DNA of 31,037 nucleotides from Burkholderiales bacterium (GTDB lineage Bacteria; Pseudomonadota; Gammaproteobacteria; Burkholderiales; SG8-39): NCBI GenBank assembly GCA_036259215.1, contig DATACE010000235.1, positions 1 to 31,037 of the forward strand, read 5' to 3'. Shown piece by piece: positions 16,701 to 29,205 of this stretch (position 1 is its first letter; each line of letters starts with the position of its first letter). The notes under the pieces were generated by a model. It saw only the letters and a program-made list of their open reading frames with translations, ran no database searches and was not told where the DNA came from. The position numbers and the translations under genes were made by a program.

Positions 16701-19244
16701 CTAACCGACGGACTTGCGCCTTTCCTGCAGATAGCGCTCAAGCTGCGTGCGCGCCGCGGCGAGCTCTTCGGCGAGCGAGCGCTGCAACGCGGGCGCCTGC
16801 AGGCGCAGCTCCGCGTCCGACATGCTGCCAAGGCTGGTGCACATACGGGTCAGCCGGTCGGTGCCCATGCTCGCCGACGAACCTTTCATCGCGTGCACCA
16901 GCGAGCGGAACTCGTGGTAGTCGCGGCCGGCGAGCACGCGCTCGATGCGGGCGAGAATCGCCGTATTGTCGCTGACGAAGACGCGGATCAGCTTCTCGAC
17001 GAAAGCGAGCGAGGAACCCAGTTCCTCGAGATGGCCGAGCGTCTCGGCATTGACCACCGCCGGCGCGGCCACGGACACCGGGCGGTGCAGCGGCGTCGGC
17101 GCTTCCGGCTTGCGCGGGGCCGACTCGCCTTTCGTGCCCGCGAGCGCCTGGATCTCGTCCAGCAGGCGCACCGTCTCTATGGGCTTGGAGAAAAAGGCAT
17201 CCGCCCCGGATTCGAGCGCCTCGCGCTTGGCCTCGGGCGTCACGTCCGCCGACAGCATGATCACCGGAAGCCGCTCCCGCCCGCGCGTCATCAGGCGCAG
17301 CGCCTGCAGTGCCTCCATGCCGCCCATGCCTGGCATGTTGCGGTCCAGGATGACGAGGTCGTAGGCATCGCGCTCCACTGCATCGAGCGCCTGCTCGCCG
17401 TCGTTTACCAGCGTAACCGCATGGCCGGCGCGCTCCAGGATCTTGCCGACCACCTCGCGATTGGTCGGGTTATCGTCGGCGACCAGCACACGCACTCGCA
17501 CCGAGCCCGCCCCGCGGCGCGCATAGTCCTGCAGCCGCACCACGCCTTCGGTGACTTCCTCCCCCGCCGTGACCGAGTGCAGCACGTTGAACAGCCGCCG
17601 CTTGTCGAACGGCAGCTCGAGCACCGAAGCAAAGCCCGACGACAGCACCTCGAAGCGGCGCACGTCGGCCTCGCGCGGCACGGCGAGAATGGTCGGCGGC
17701 GCCGGGTTCGGCGCGGCTCGGCGGAAGCGCTGCGCTAGCGTCAGGTCCTCGCCCGAGGCGTAAAGCAGCGCGCTATGGTAAGGCTGGGCGAGGCTGATCT
17801 CGGCGACCAGACGCGCGACGCCCTGCTCCACGCTCGCGGCGGCCACCGGCTGCGCCCCCCAGGTGGACAGCGCTTCCTCGACCGCGACGCGCTCCGCCGG
17901 AGGAAACCCGACCAGCAGCACGCGTGCGCCGGCGATCCTGCCGGCACCGGCGCCGGCACGCTCGGCCTGCTTCTCGAGATCCACCTCGAGCCAGAACGTG
18001 CTGCCCAGGCCGATGGCGCTCTCGACCCCGATGCGCCCGCCCATGAGCTGCACCAGCTGCTTTGCGATGGTAGTGCCCAGGCCCGTGCCGCCGAAGCGCC
18101 GCGTGGTGGACTCGTCGGCCTGCGTGAAGCTGTCGAAGATTTTCGCCTGCGCCTCGGGCGTGATGCCGATGCCGGTGTCGCGGATGGAGAACTTGAGGCG
18201 CACCATGGCATCGGTCTCCGCCTGCACCGTGACGTGCACCGTGACGCTGCCTTTTTCGGTGAACTTCACGGCGTTGCCGGCGAGGTTGATCAGCACCTGG
18301 CGCAGGTGGTGCGGGTCGCCGCGCACCGCCGGCGGCACCTCGGGCATGAGCGAAACCACGAAGTCGACGCCCTTTGCCGCAGCCTGGGCGGCCACGATGC
18401 GGCAGGTGCTGTTCACCAGCGCGTGCAGGTCGAAGTCCGCTTTCTCTAGCGTGACCTTGCCCGCCTCGATCTTGGAAAAATCGAGCACGTCCTCGATCAG
18501 CCCGAGCATCACGCGCGATGAGCTGCGCAGCGTCTGCAGCATGTCGGCCTGCTCCCGGCTGAGCGGCGTGTCGCGCAGCAGATCGGCCATGCCGATGATG
18601 GCGTTGAGCGGCGTGCGCATCTCGTGGCTCACCATCGAGATGAAGCGGCGCTTGGCCAAGTTGGCCGCCTCGGCGCGCGCCAGCGCGTCGAACATGCGCC
18701 GCACCAGCGACAGCACGTACAGGCTGACCGCTAACATGCCGAGCAGCAGGCCCACGCCGAGCGACAGGTGCGCGCGCCAGAAATCGTTGACGTACAAGGC
18801 AATGCCGAAGCCGACGACGCTCATCGCCAGCTCGGATACAAGGTACTTCGGGCCGAAGCGAAAGCCGCTGCCGAGCGTTACCCAGATATAGAGCAGGAAC
18901 AGCCAGCCGGCGGGCTCACCGAACACCGCCATGTACCAGGTGATGGCGGCGACGTCGGCGAACTGCGCGAATACGCGCCGGCCGGGCGAGATGACGGTCG
19001 AGTAGGCGATGCGCAGGAATATGATCAGCGCGAGCACCAAGTGGATGCCCATCACGTACAGCGGGAGCACGTCGTGCTGGGTGAGCGCGTCGGGCAACAG
19101 GTACAGGAACACGAGCGAGCTGATGATCAGGCGCAAAATGCCCTGCTCGTGCTCCGTGTCCGGCCGCGCCTTGAGGCGGGCGCGCAGGTCTGCGAGGAAG
19201 CCGCGGCGTGCGGCCACCGTTTCGGCGTTCGCCTGCTGCGCCAT
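16701..19244 (-). CDS. rpfC: RpfC-type hybrid sensor kinase (TM sensor-HisKA-HATPase-pseudoREC-REC-HPt), 847 aa
   Basis: N-terminal RPDTEHEQ before 5-6 hydrophobic segments; SHEMRTPLN (His at 18624-18626); [23 protein letters not shown]; [26 protein letters not shown]; HPt [14 protein letters not shown] at 19244 overlaps the rpfG stop (TGATG). Confidence 0.9.
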   Translation of the reverse strand: MAQQANAETVAARRGFLADLRARLKARPDTEHEQGILRLIISSLVFLYLLPDALTQHDVLPLYVMGIHLVLALIIFLRIAYSTVISPGRRVFAQFADVAAITWYMAVFGEPAGWLFLLYIWVTLGSGFRFGPKYLVSELAMSVVGFGIALYVNDFWRAHLSLGVGLLLGMLAVSLYVLSLVRRMFDALARAEAANLAKRRFISMVSHEMRTPLNAIIGMADLLRDTPLSREQADMLQTLRSSSRVMLGLIEDVLDFSKIEAGKVTLEKADFDLHALVNSTCRIVAAQAAAKGVDFVVSLMPEVPPAVRGDPHHLRQVLINLAGNAVKFTEKGSVTVHVTVQAETDAMVRLKFSIRDTGIGITPEAQAKIFDSFTQADESTTRRFGGTGLGTTIAKQLVQLMGGRIGVESAIGLGSTFWLEVDLEKQAERAGAGAGRIAGARVLLVGFPPAERVAVEEALSTWGAQPVAAASVEQGVARLVAEISLAQPYHSALLYASGEDLTLAQRFRRAAPNPAPPTILAVPREADVRRFEVLSSGFASVLELPFDKRRLFNVLHSVTAGEEVTEGVVRLQDYARRGAGSVRVRVLVADDNPTNREVVGKILERAGHAVTLVNDGEQALDAVERDAYDLVILDRNMPGMGGMEALQALRLMTRGRERLPVIMLSADVTPEAKREALESGADAFFSKPIETVRLLDEIQALAGTKGESAPRKPEAPTPLHRPVSVAAPAVVNAETLGHLEELGSSLAFVEKLIRVFVSDNTAILARIERVLAGRDYHEFRSLVHAMKGSSASMGTDRLTRMCTSLGSMSDAELRLQAPALQRSLAEELAAARTQLERYLQERRKSVG

Positions 19245-20344
19245 CAGCGTTCCGCGGCTCCGCTTTGCGGGTCGCGCCATTCCATCTGGATCTCGAGGAT
19301 TTCCTTTTGCAGCGCCCCGAACGCCTCGATAAGGCGCGGGTCGAAGTGCCGGCCGCGCTGCGCCATCAGGTACTCGAAAGCTTTCTCGCTCGCCCAGGCG
19401 GCCTTGTAGGGCCGGATGGACGTCAGCGCGTCGTAGACGTCGGCGACCGCGACGATGCGCGCGCACAGCGGAATGTGGTCCCCGACCAGCCCGTTGGGAT
19501 AGCCGGAGCCGTCGTACTTCTCGTGGTGGCCCAGGGCGATCAGCGCCCCCATGCGCACGTACTTCGAGGCGCTGCCCTTCAAAATCTCGTGGCCGATCAC
19601 CGGGTGGCGGCGCATCACCTGCCATTCCGCATCGTCCAGCTTCGAAGGCTTGAGCAGGATCTGGTCCGGGATGCCGATCTTGCCGATATCGTGCAGCGGG
19701 GCGGCGAGCTCGATGGTCTCGGCCTCGTCGCGCTCCAGCCCGATGGCGCTTGCGATGAGCCGGGAATAGCGCGACATCCGGATCAGGTGGTATCCGGTTT
19801 CCTCGTCGCGGAACTCTCCCGCGCGGGCCAGCCTCAGCAATGTCTCCTTCTCGCGCTCCCTCACCTCGCGCGTGGCATCCTCCACCATGTGCTCGAGCAG
19901 GCGGCGGCGGTCCTCCAGCGCGAGCTGCTGGCGGCGCAGGGTGAGCAGGTTGCGGCAGCGCGCAAGGCACTCGCGGGCATCGACCGGCTTGGTGAGGAAA
20001 TCGGTGATCCCTGCATCGAGCGCCGCATAGCGCACCTTGCGATCATCGTGCACCGTAACCATGACGATCGGCACGTGCTCGTAGCCCGGCAGGGCGCGCA
20101 GGCGCTTCACGAACTCGATGCCGTCCATGTCCGGCATCATGTAGTCGACCAGCACCAGATCGGAGACGTGCCGCGTAGCCCAGACCACCGCGTCCACCGG
20201 GCGGGCGAACCCCTCCACGGCGACCCGCTCGTCAAGGCTGCGCACGACCTGCTCGAGGATGGCGCGGCCGGTCGACTGATCGTCGACCACCATTACAGTA
20301 TTGCGCGCCGAAGGCAGGATCCGCACCTGCGCCTTGGCCATCAT
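19244..20344 (-). CDS. rpfG: REC-HD-GYP cyclic di-GMP phosphodiesterase response regulator
   Basis: REC VVDD..LVDYMMPDMDG..FLTKP; HD-GYP LHDIGKIGIPD, HHEKYDGSGYP, IVAVADVYDAL..RPYK; coupled to rpfC. Start MMAK at 20344 (ORF track 20359). Confidence 0.92.
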   Translation of the reverse strand: MMAKAQVRILPSARNTVMVVDDQSTGRAILEQVVRSLDERVAVEGFARPVDAVVWATRHVSDLVLVDYMMPDMDGIEFVKRLRALPGYEHVPIVMVTVHDDRKVRYAALDAGITDFLTKPVDARECLARCRNLLTLRRQQLALEDRRRLLEHMVEDATREVREREKETLLRLARAGEFRDEETGYHLIRMSRYSRLIASAIGLERDEAETIELAAPLHDIGKIGIPDQILLKPSKLDDAEWQVMRRHPVIGHEILKGSASKYVRMGALIALGHHEKYDGSGYPNGLVGDHIPLCARIVAVADVYDALTSIRPYKAAWASEKAFEYLMAQRGRHFDPRLIEAFGALQKEILEIQMEWRDPQSGAAER

Positions 20345-20445
20345 CCCCCCGGGTACCATGGTATTGAAGGGAGCCTACCCCCCGCCCCCCCGGGTGTCCA
20401 GCAAACCGCGCCGCCGCATGACCCATTTTTTCACGGCTTGTGACT

Positions 20446-20532
20446 TGGTGCCGGAAGAGAGACTCGAACTCTCATGGTGTTGCCACCGGCGGATTTTGAG
20501 TCCGCTGCGTCTACCGGTTCCGCCATTCCGGC
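20446..20532 (-). tRNA. tRNA-Leu(CAA), 87 nt, long variable arm, encoded CCA
   Basis: GCCGGAA/TTCCGGC acceptor stem, anticodon arm GCGGA-CTCAAAA-TCCGC, variable arm, GAGAG-TTCGAGT-CTCTC T arm, ACCA end. Confidence 0.97.
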
Positions 20533-20556
20533 CTCGCGTTTCGCACGAGGGGTAAA

Positions 20557-20566
20557 AATTATAATT
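20557..20566. promoter_or_regulatory. Palindromic bidirectional -10 element (tRNA-Leu / queA)
   Basis: AATTATAATT gives TATAAT on + (20560-20565) and on - (20558-20563) in the 41-nt gap between the divergent genes. Confidence 0.7.
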
Positions 20567-20573
20567 GGGCCGG

Positions 20574-22658
<2,085 letters not shown>

Positions 22659-22691
22659 TTTGCGCTCACCTCCCTCCGGAGCCCTGCTTAG

Positions 22692-23012
22692 ATGATCTCC
22701 AACGCATACGCCCAGGCCACCGGCGGCGGCGACGCCGGCATCATCGGCTTCCTGCCGATCATCCTGATGTTCGTGCTGCTGTATTTCCTCATGATCCGGC
22801 CGCAAATGAAGCGCGCGAAGGAGACCAAGGCCATGATCGAGGCGCTGCAGAAGGGCGACGAGGTGATCACGGCCGGCGGCGTCATCGGGCGCATCACGCG
22901 CATCAGCGACGCCTACATCGGCCTGGAGATCGCGCCCAACACCGAGATCAACGTGCAAAAGGCCGCCGTCCAGGTGCTCCTGCCCAAGGGCACGCTGAAA
23001 ACCCTCCAGTAA
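22692..23012 (+). CDS. yajC: Preprotein translocase subunit YajC
   Basis: FVLLYFLMIRPQMKRAKE, LQKGDEVITAGG; position between tgt and secD. Confidence 0.96.
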   Translation: MISNAYAQATGGGDAGIIGFLPIILMFVLLYFLMIRPQMKRAKETKAMIEALQKGDEVITAGGVIGRITRISDAYIGLEIAPNTEINVQKAAVQVLLPKGTLKTLQ

Positions 23013-23015
23013 GAA

Positions 23016-24854
23016 GTGAACCGCTTTCCCGCCTGGAAGTACATCCTGATCGGCATCGTCGTGCTGGCGGCGGCGCTCTACACGGTGCCCAACTTCTTCG
23101 GCGAGTCGCCGGCGGTGCAGGTGTCGAGCGCGAAGGCCACCGTGCAGCTCGATGCCGCGCTCATGAGCCGCGTGGAGGCGGTACTTGCCAAGGAGGGCAT
23201 CCCGTATACCGGCGCGCAGCTCGACGCCACTGGCGTGCGCGTGCGCTTCACCGATACGGACACGCAGCTGAAGGCGCGCGACATCGTGGAACGGGCGCTC
23301 AACCCGGATCCCAACGATCGCTCTTACACGGTGGCCCTGAACCTGCTGCCGGCTTCGCCCAACTGGCTCACCGCCATCCGCGCGCTGCCCATGTACCTGG
23401 GCCTGGACCTGCGCGGTGGCGTGCATTTCCTGCTGCAGATCGACATGCAGGCCGCGCTCACCAAGCGCGTCGAGAACCTCGCAGCCGACGTGCGCACCCA
23501 GCTGCGCGAGAAGAATATCCGCCACGGCGGGGTGGCGCGCGAGGGCCAGGTGATCCGCGTGCGCTTCCGCGACGCAGCCACGCGGGAGGCGGCGCGCGGC
23601 GTGCTCCTCTCCCAGTTACCCGACCTGGTGCTCGCCGAGCGCGACGACGGCCAAAGCCTGCTGCTGGTGGCGACGCTCAAGCCCGAGCTGCAGAAGAGCG
23701 TGGCCGAGCAGGCGGTGCAGCAGAACATAGGCACGCTGCACAAGCGCGTGAACGAGCTGGGGGTGGCCGAGCCGGTGATCCAGCAGCAGGGCGCGGACCG
23801 CATCGTGGTGCAGCTGCCGGGGGTGCAGGACATCGCGCGCGCCAAGGAGATCCTCGGCCGCACCGCCACGCTCGAAGTGCGGCTGGTCGACGAGGAGGCG
23901 ATGCGCACCGGCAACATGGCCGGCACGGACGTCTTTCCCGAACGCCGGCGCGACGGCACCGTGGGCCAGGTGCCGACCAAAAGGCAGGTCATCGTGACCG
24001 GCGACCAGTTCATCGGCGCGCAGGCCACTTTCGACCAGGACAACCGCCCGGCGGTCTCGGTCGAGCTGGACCAGGCCGGCGGGCGAGCGATGCGCCAGAC
24101 CACCCGCGAGAACCTGAAGCGCCTGATGGCCATCATCCTGTTCGAGAAGGGCAAGGGCGAGGCCATCTCGGTGGCCACCATCCAGGGCGAATTCGGCAGC
24201 CGCTTCCAGATCACCGGCTCGTTTACGCCTACCGAGACCAACAACCTCGCCCTGCTCATCCGTGCCGGCGCGCTCGCCGCGCCGATGGAGATTATCGAGG
24301 AGCGCACCATCGGCCCGAGCCTGGGCCGCGACAACATCGAGAAGGGCTTCAACGCCACGATGTGGGGCTTCATCGCCATCGCGGTGTTCATGTCGCTCTA
24401 CTATGCCCTTTTCGGCGTCATCTCCGCGCTCGCGCTGGGCGTCAACCTGCTGCTCCTGATTGCGCTGCTGTCGCTGCTGCAGGCGACGCTCACGCTGCCC
24501 GGCATAGCCGCCATCGCCCTGACGCTGGGCATGGCGATCGACGCGAACGTGCTGATCAACGAGCGCATCCGCGAGGAGCTGCGCGGGGGCGCCACGCCGC
24601 AGGCCGCGATCGCCGCCGGCTACGAGCGCGCCTGGGGCACCATCTTCGATTCCAACATCACCACGCTGATCGCCGGGCTGGCACTGCTCATCTTCGGCCA
24701 GGGTCCCGTGCGCGGCTTCGCGGTGGTGCATTGCCTGGGCATCCTCACTTCGATGTTCTCCGCCGTCGTCGTGTCGCGCGCGATGGTGAACCTCTATTAC
24801 GGCCATCGCCGCCGGGTGCACAAGATCGCCATCGGCAACACCGCCTGGAAATGA
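23016..24854 (+). CDS. secD: Protein translocase subunit SecD
   Basis: LGLDLRGGVHFLL, RVNELGVAEP.IQQQG..RI.VQLPG, ERTIGPSLG, GMAIDANVLINERIREE. Confidence 0.97.
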   Translation: MNRFPAWKYILIGIVVLAAALYTVPNFFGESPAVQVSSAKATVQLDAALMSRVEAVLAKEGIPYTGAQLDATGVRVRFTDTDTQLKARDIVERALNPDPNDRSYTVALNLLPASPNWLTAIRALPMYLGLDLRGGVHFLLQIDMQAALTKRVENLAADVRTQLREKNIRHGGVAREGQVIRVRFRDAATREAARGVLLSQLPDLVLAERDDGQSLLLVATLKPELQKSVAEQAVQQNIGTLHKRVNELGVAEPVIQQQGADRIVVQLPGVQDIARAKEILGRTATLEVRLVDEEAMRTGNMAGTDVFPERRRDGTVGQVPTKRQVIVTGDQFIGAQATFDQDNRPAVSVELDQAGGRAMRQTTRENLKRLMAIILFEKGKGEAISVATIQGEFGSRFQITGSFTPTETNNLALLIRAGALAAPMEIIEERTIGPSLGRDNIEKGFNATMWGFIAIAVFMSLYYALFGVISALALGVNLLLLIALLSLLQATLTLPGIAAIALTLGMAIDANVLINERIREELRGGATPQAAIAAGYERAWGTIFDSNITTLIAGLALLIFGQGPVRGFAVVHCLGILTSMFSAVVVSRAMVNLYYGHRRRVHKIAIGNTAWK

Positions 24855-24859
24855 GATAG

Positions 24860-25795
24860 ATGGAATTCTTCAAGATCCGGCGAACCATCCCGTTCATGCG
24901 GCATGCGCTCGCCTTCAACATCGTCTCGCTCGTCACCTTCCTGCTGGCGGTGTTCTTCCTTGCCACCAAGGGGCTGAACTTCTCCATCGAGTTCACCGGC
25001 GGCACGCTGATCGAGGTGAGCTACCAGCAGCCCGCGGACGTCGAGGACATCCGCCAGCGGCTGGACAAGGCCGGCTGGAAGGCGGAGGTGCAGAACTTCG
25101 GCTCCTCGCGCGACGTGCTGATCCGCATGCACATCGAGAAAAACCAGTCGAGCGCCGATCTTTCCCAGAAAGTGCTCGCCGTGCTGAACGAGGGGGACCG
25201 GAAGGCCGAGCTGCGGCGGGTGGAGTTCGTCGGGCCCCAGGTGGGCCGCGAGCTGGCCGAGTACGGCGCGCTCGCGCTGCTGGTGACGGCGCTGGGCATC
25301 GTCGCGTACCTCGCGCTGCGCTTTGAGTGGAAATTCGGCCTGGCCGCGATCCTCGCCAACCTGCACGACGTGGTCATCATCCTGGGGTTCTTCGCCTTCT
25401 TCCAGTGGGAGTTCTCCCTGCCGGTGCTGGCGGCGGTGCTGGCCATCCTGGGCTACTCCGTGAACGAATCCGTGGTGGTGTTCGACCGCATCCGCGAGAA
25501 CTTCCGCAAGCTGCGCAAGGCCGACACAGTCGAGGTGATCAACGCCTCCATTACCGGAGTCATCTCGCGCACCATCATCACGCACGGCAGCACGCAGATC
25601 ATGGCCACCACCATGCTGGTCTTCGGCGGGCCGGCGCTGCACTACTTCGCGCTGGCGCTCACCATCGGCATCCTGTTCGGTATCTATTCATCGGTGTTCG
25701 TCGCCGCGGCGCTGCTCATGTGGATGAAGGTGACGCGCTCGCACTTCATCAAGCCGGCGAAGAAGAAGGACGAGCACGAGGGCGCCGTCGTCTAG
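24860..25795 (+). CDS. secF: Protein translocase subunit SecF
   Basis: GLNFSIEFTGG, VEFVGPQVG.EL, LHDV, GYSVNESVVVFDRIREN, SRTIIT. Confidence 0.97.
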   Translation: MEFFKIRRTIPFMRHALAFNIVSLVTFLLAVFFLATKGLNFSIEFTGGTLIEVSYQQPADVEDIRQRLDKAGWKAEVQNFGSSRDVLIRMHIEKNQSSADLSQKVLAVLNEGDRKAELRRVEFVGPQVGRELAEYGALALLVTALGIVAYLALRFEWKFGLAAILANLHDVVIILGFFAFFQWEFSLPVLAAVLAILGYSVNESVVVFDRIRENFRKLRKADTVEVINASITGVISRTIITHGSTQIMATTMLVFGGPALHYFALALTIGILFGIYSSVFVAAALLMWMKVTRSHFIKPAKKKDEHEGAVV

Positions 25796-25798
25796 GAT

Positions 25799-27805
25799 TT
25801 ATTTAAGGATCTGGATGAGGTTGCTGTAGTCGTCGGTCCAGGTACGCCAGTCCGCGCGGTCCTCGGCCGGCTGCGCCCCGGCCTCCACGATGGCGCGGCG
25901 CTTGAGCACCGCCGCATCGCGCGACACCAGGACCCAGTCGCTTCTCGAGCGCAGGCCGTCGCCTTCGTCTTCCGAGTCGTCGCTGATGAGCACCGCATGC
26001 GCGCCGTGCTCTTTGGCGAGGCGCGCGACCACCGGTACGAGATTCAGGAAGCGGTTGGACACGTGGAACGCGACGATGCCGTCCGGACGCACGTGCTTCA
26101 GGTAAACGCCAAGCGCCTCGCGCGTGATGAGGTGCACCGGGATGGCGTCGCTCGAGAAGGCGTCGACCGCGAGCACGTCGAAGCCCTGCGCCGCTTCGCG
26201 CTCGAGCGTGAGGCGCGCGTCGCCCAGGGCGAGCTCGATCTGGGCTTTGCTGTCGGCGAGATAGGTGAACTCCGTGCGCGCGATGTCCATCACGCGGGGG
26301 TCGATGTCGTAGAAGCGGTAGACGTCGCCTTTTTTCCCGTAAGCCGCCAATGTCCCGGTGCCCAGGCCGATCACCCCGATGCGCAGCGGCTTGCCGGCGC
26401 GCGACTCGATGGCGGCGGCGATGCCCGAGGTTTCGGTGTAGTACGTGGTGACCAGATCGCGCCGCGCGTCGTCCATGTACTGCTCGCCGTGCATTATGGC
26501 GCCGTGCACCAGGCGCCGCAGGTGGCCCGGCTCGCCCGGCGAGCCATACTCCTTCACGCGCAGCACGCCGTAGAAGCCCCGCTCGGACAGGCGCACGTCC
26601 TCGTGGTAGCGCAAGCCGTCGTAAGCCGCGGCGGCGCTGGCGCCGAGCAGTACTGCCAGGCTGGCCAGCCCCTGGATCCGGCCAAGCGCAGCGAAGCGCA
26701 GCGCAGCCAGCAGGCCCAGCACCACCAGGCCGATGCCGAGCTCGTAGTAGGCGTTGAAGGCGAGCGGCGCCACCACTGCCACCAGCAGGCCGCCCAGCGC
26801 CCCGCCGGCCGACACGATGAGGTAGAACGCCGTCAGCTGGCGCGGCGGCGGGCGCATGCGGTAGAGCTCGCCATGGCAGAACAGGCAGGCGAGGAACAGT
26901 CCCGGCAGGAAAATCGCGAGCTGCAGCGGCAGGTTGAAATGGTAATCCGTGTCGGCCAGCAGCCAGGCCATGCCGGCGAGCAGCGCCAGCACCAGCAGCC
27001 AGAGAAGCTCGGGGCGGTACCAGTTGCGTCCCTCGAAGGCGATGATGAAGCTTGCGAGGTAAAGCGTGAGCGGCGCCAGCCACAGCAGCGGCACCGCGGC
27101 TACGTTCTGCGTGAGGTGGTTGGTGACCGCGAGCAGCAGCACCGAGCCGGTCGCCGACAGGGCGAGCCACAGCATTACGGTGGATCTGCCGATCGGAGCG
27201 GCTTGCTCCTGCCGCGAGGCGGCGAAAGGGCGCCGCGGAGTGCGCCAGGCGACGATCGCGCAGAGCACCGCAAAGCCCGCGAACAGCCAGGACCACAGAC
27301 CGACCTGCGGCCCGGCGGAGAGGAACGGCTCGATCACGAACGGGTAGCCGACCAGGGCCACCAGCGATGCGAGATTGGAAATCGCGAACAGGCGGTAGGG
27401 ATTCTCGCCCGGCCGGGCGCGCGCGAACCAGGCCTGCAGCAACGGACTGGTGGAGGCGAGCAGGAAGTAGGGCAGGCCGACGCTCGCCCCGAGCAGCAGC
27501 AGGATGCGGCTGATCGGCTCGTCCTCGCCGGCGGGCTTCCACGCCTCCGACGGCGAGATCGGCAAAAGCACGATTGCCGCCGCGAGCAGCGCCGTATGCA
27601 CCATGGCTGCGGCCCGGCCTTCGAGCTTCCTGATGAGCAGATGGGCATAGGCGTAGCCGGCGAGCAGCAGCACCTGGAAGAACAGCATGCAGGTCGTCCA
27701 TACCGCAGCGCTGCCGCCGAACCACGGCAGGATGAGCCGCGCGATCAGCGGCTGCACCAGAAACAGCAGGAACGACGACAGGAAAATCGTGACCGCGTAG
27801 CTCAT
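25799..27805 (-). CDS. Fused membrane domain / spermidine-synthase-like class I SAM-dependent transferase
   Basis: About 12-13 TM helices (SSFLLFLVQPL, WFGGSAAVWTTCMLFFQ), then LVHGAIMHG, VIGLGTG, GDARL, DAFSSDAIP.HL.T.EA, WTDDYSN. Confidence 0.85.
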   Translation of the reverse strand: MSYAVTIFLSSFLLFLVQPLIARLILPWFGGSAAVWTTCMLFFQVLLLAGYAYAHLLIRKLEGRAAAMVHTALLAAAIVLLPISPSEAWKPAGEDEPISRILLLLGASVGLPYFLLASTSPLLQAWFARARPGENPYRLFAISNLASLVALVGYPFVIEPFLSAGPQVGLWSWLFAGFAVLCAIVAWRTPRRPFAASRQEQAAPIGRSTVMLWLALSATGSVLLLAVTNHLTQNVAAVPLLWLAPLTLYLASFIIAFEGRNWYRPELLWLLVLALLAGMAWLLADTDYHFNLPLQLAIFLPGLFLACLFCHGELYRMRPPPRQLTAFYLIVSAGGALGGLLVAVVAPLAFNAYYELGIGLVVLGLLAALRFAALGRIQGLASLAVLLGASAAAAYDGLRYHEDVRLSERGFYGVLRVKEYGSPGEPGHLRRLVHGAIMHGEQYMDDARRDLVTTYYTETSGIAAAIESRAGKPLRIGVIGLGTGTLAAYGKKGDVYRFYDIDPRVMDIARTEFTYLADSKAQIELALGDARLTLEREAAQGFDVLAVDAFSSDAIPVHLITREALGVYLKHVRPDGIVAFHVSNRFLNLVPVVARLAKEHGAHAVLISDDSEDEGDGLRSRSDWVLVSRDAAVLKRRAIVEAGAQPAEDRADWRTWTDDYSNLIQILK

Positions 27806-27821
27806 CGTCGGGAGCGCCTGC

Positions 27822-29192
<1,371 letters not shown>

Positions 29193-29194
29193 CT

Positions 29195-29200
29195 ATTATA
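29195..29200 (-). promoter_or_regulatory. Putative -10 (TATAAT) for purB inside the 19-nt purB/UDG divergent gap
   Basis: Reverse complement of 29195-29200 is TATAAT, 8 nt before the purB ATG; overlapping TATTAT on + (29194-29199) is 6 nt before the UDG ATG. Confidence 0.55.
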
Positions 29201-29205
29201 AGGGG

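Noticed and set aside
16701-19970. ORF-track 1089-aa version of RpfC (and N-terminal extensions of dnaE, purM, pcnB, folK, tgt, queA)
   Set aside because: The extensions overlap other genes or are non-homologous; real starts are placed at the conserved N-termini (rpfC ATG at 19244).
14717-20438. Shared 8-mer TCACGGCT upstream of rpfF (14717) and between rpfG and the tRNA (20431)
   Set aside because: About one shared 8-mer is expected by chance between intergenic regions of this size and composition.
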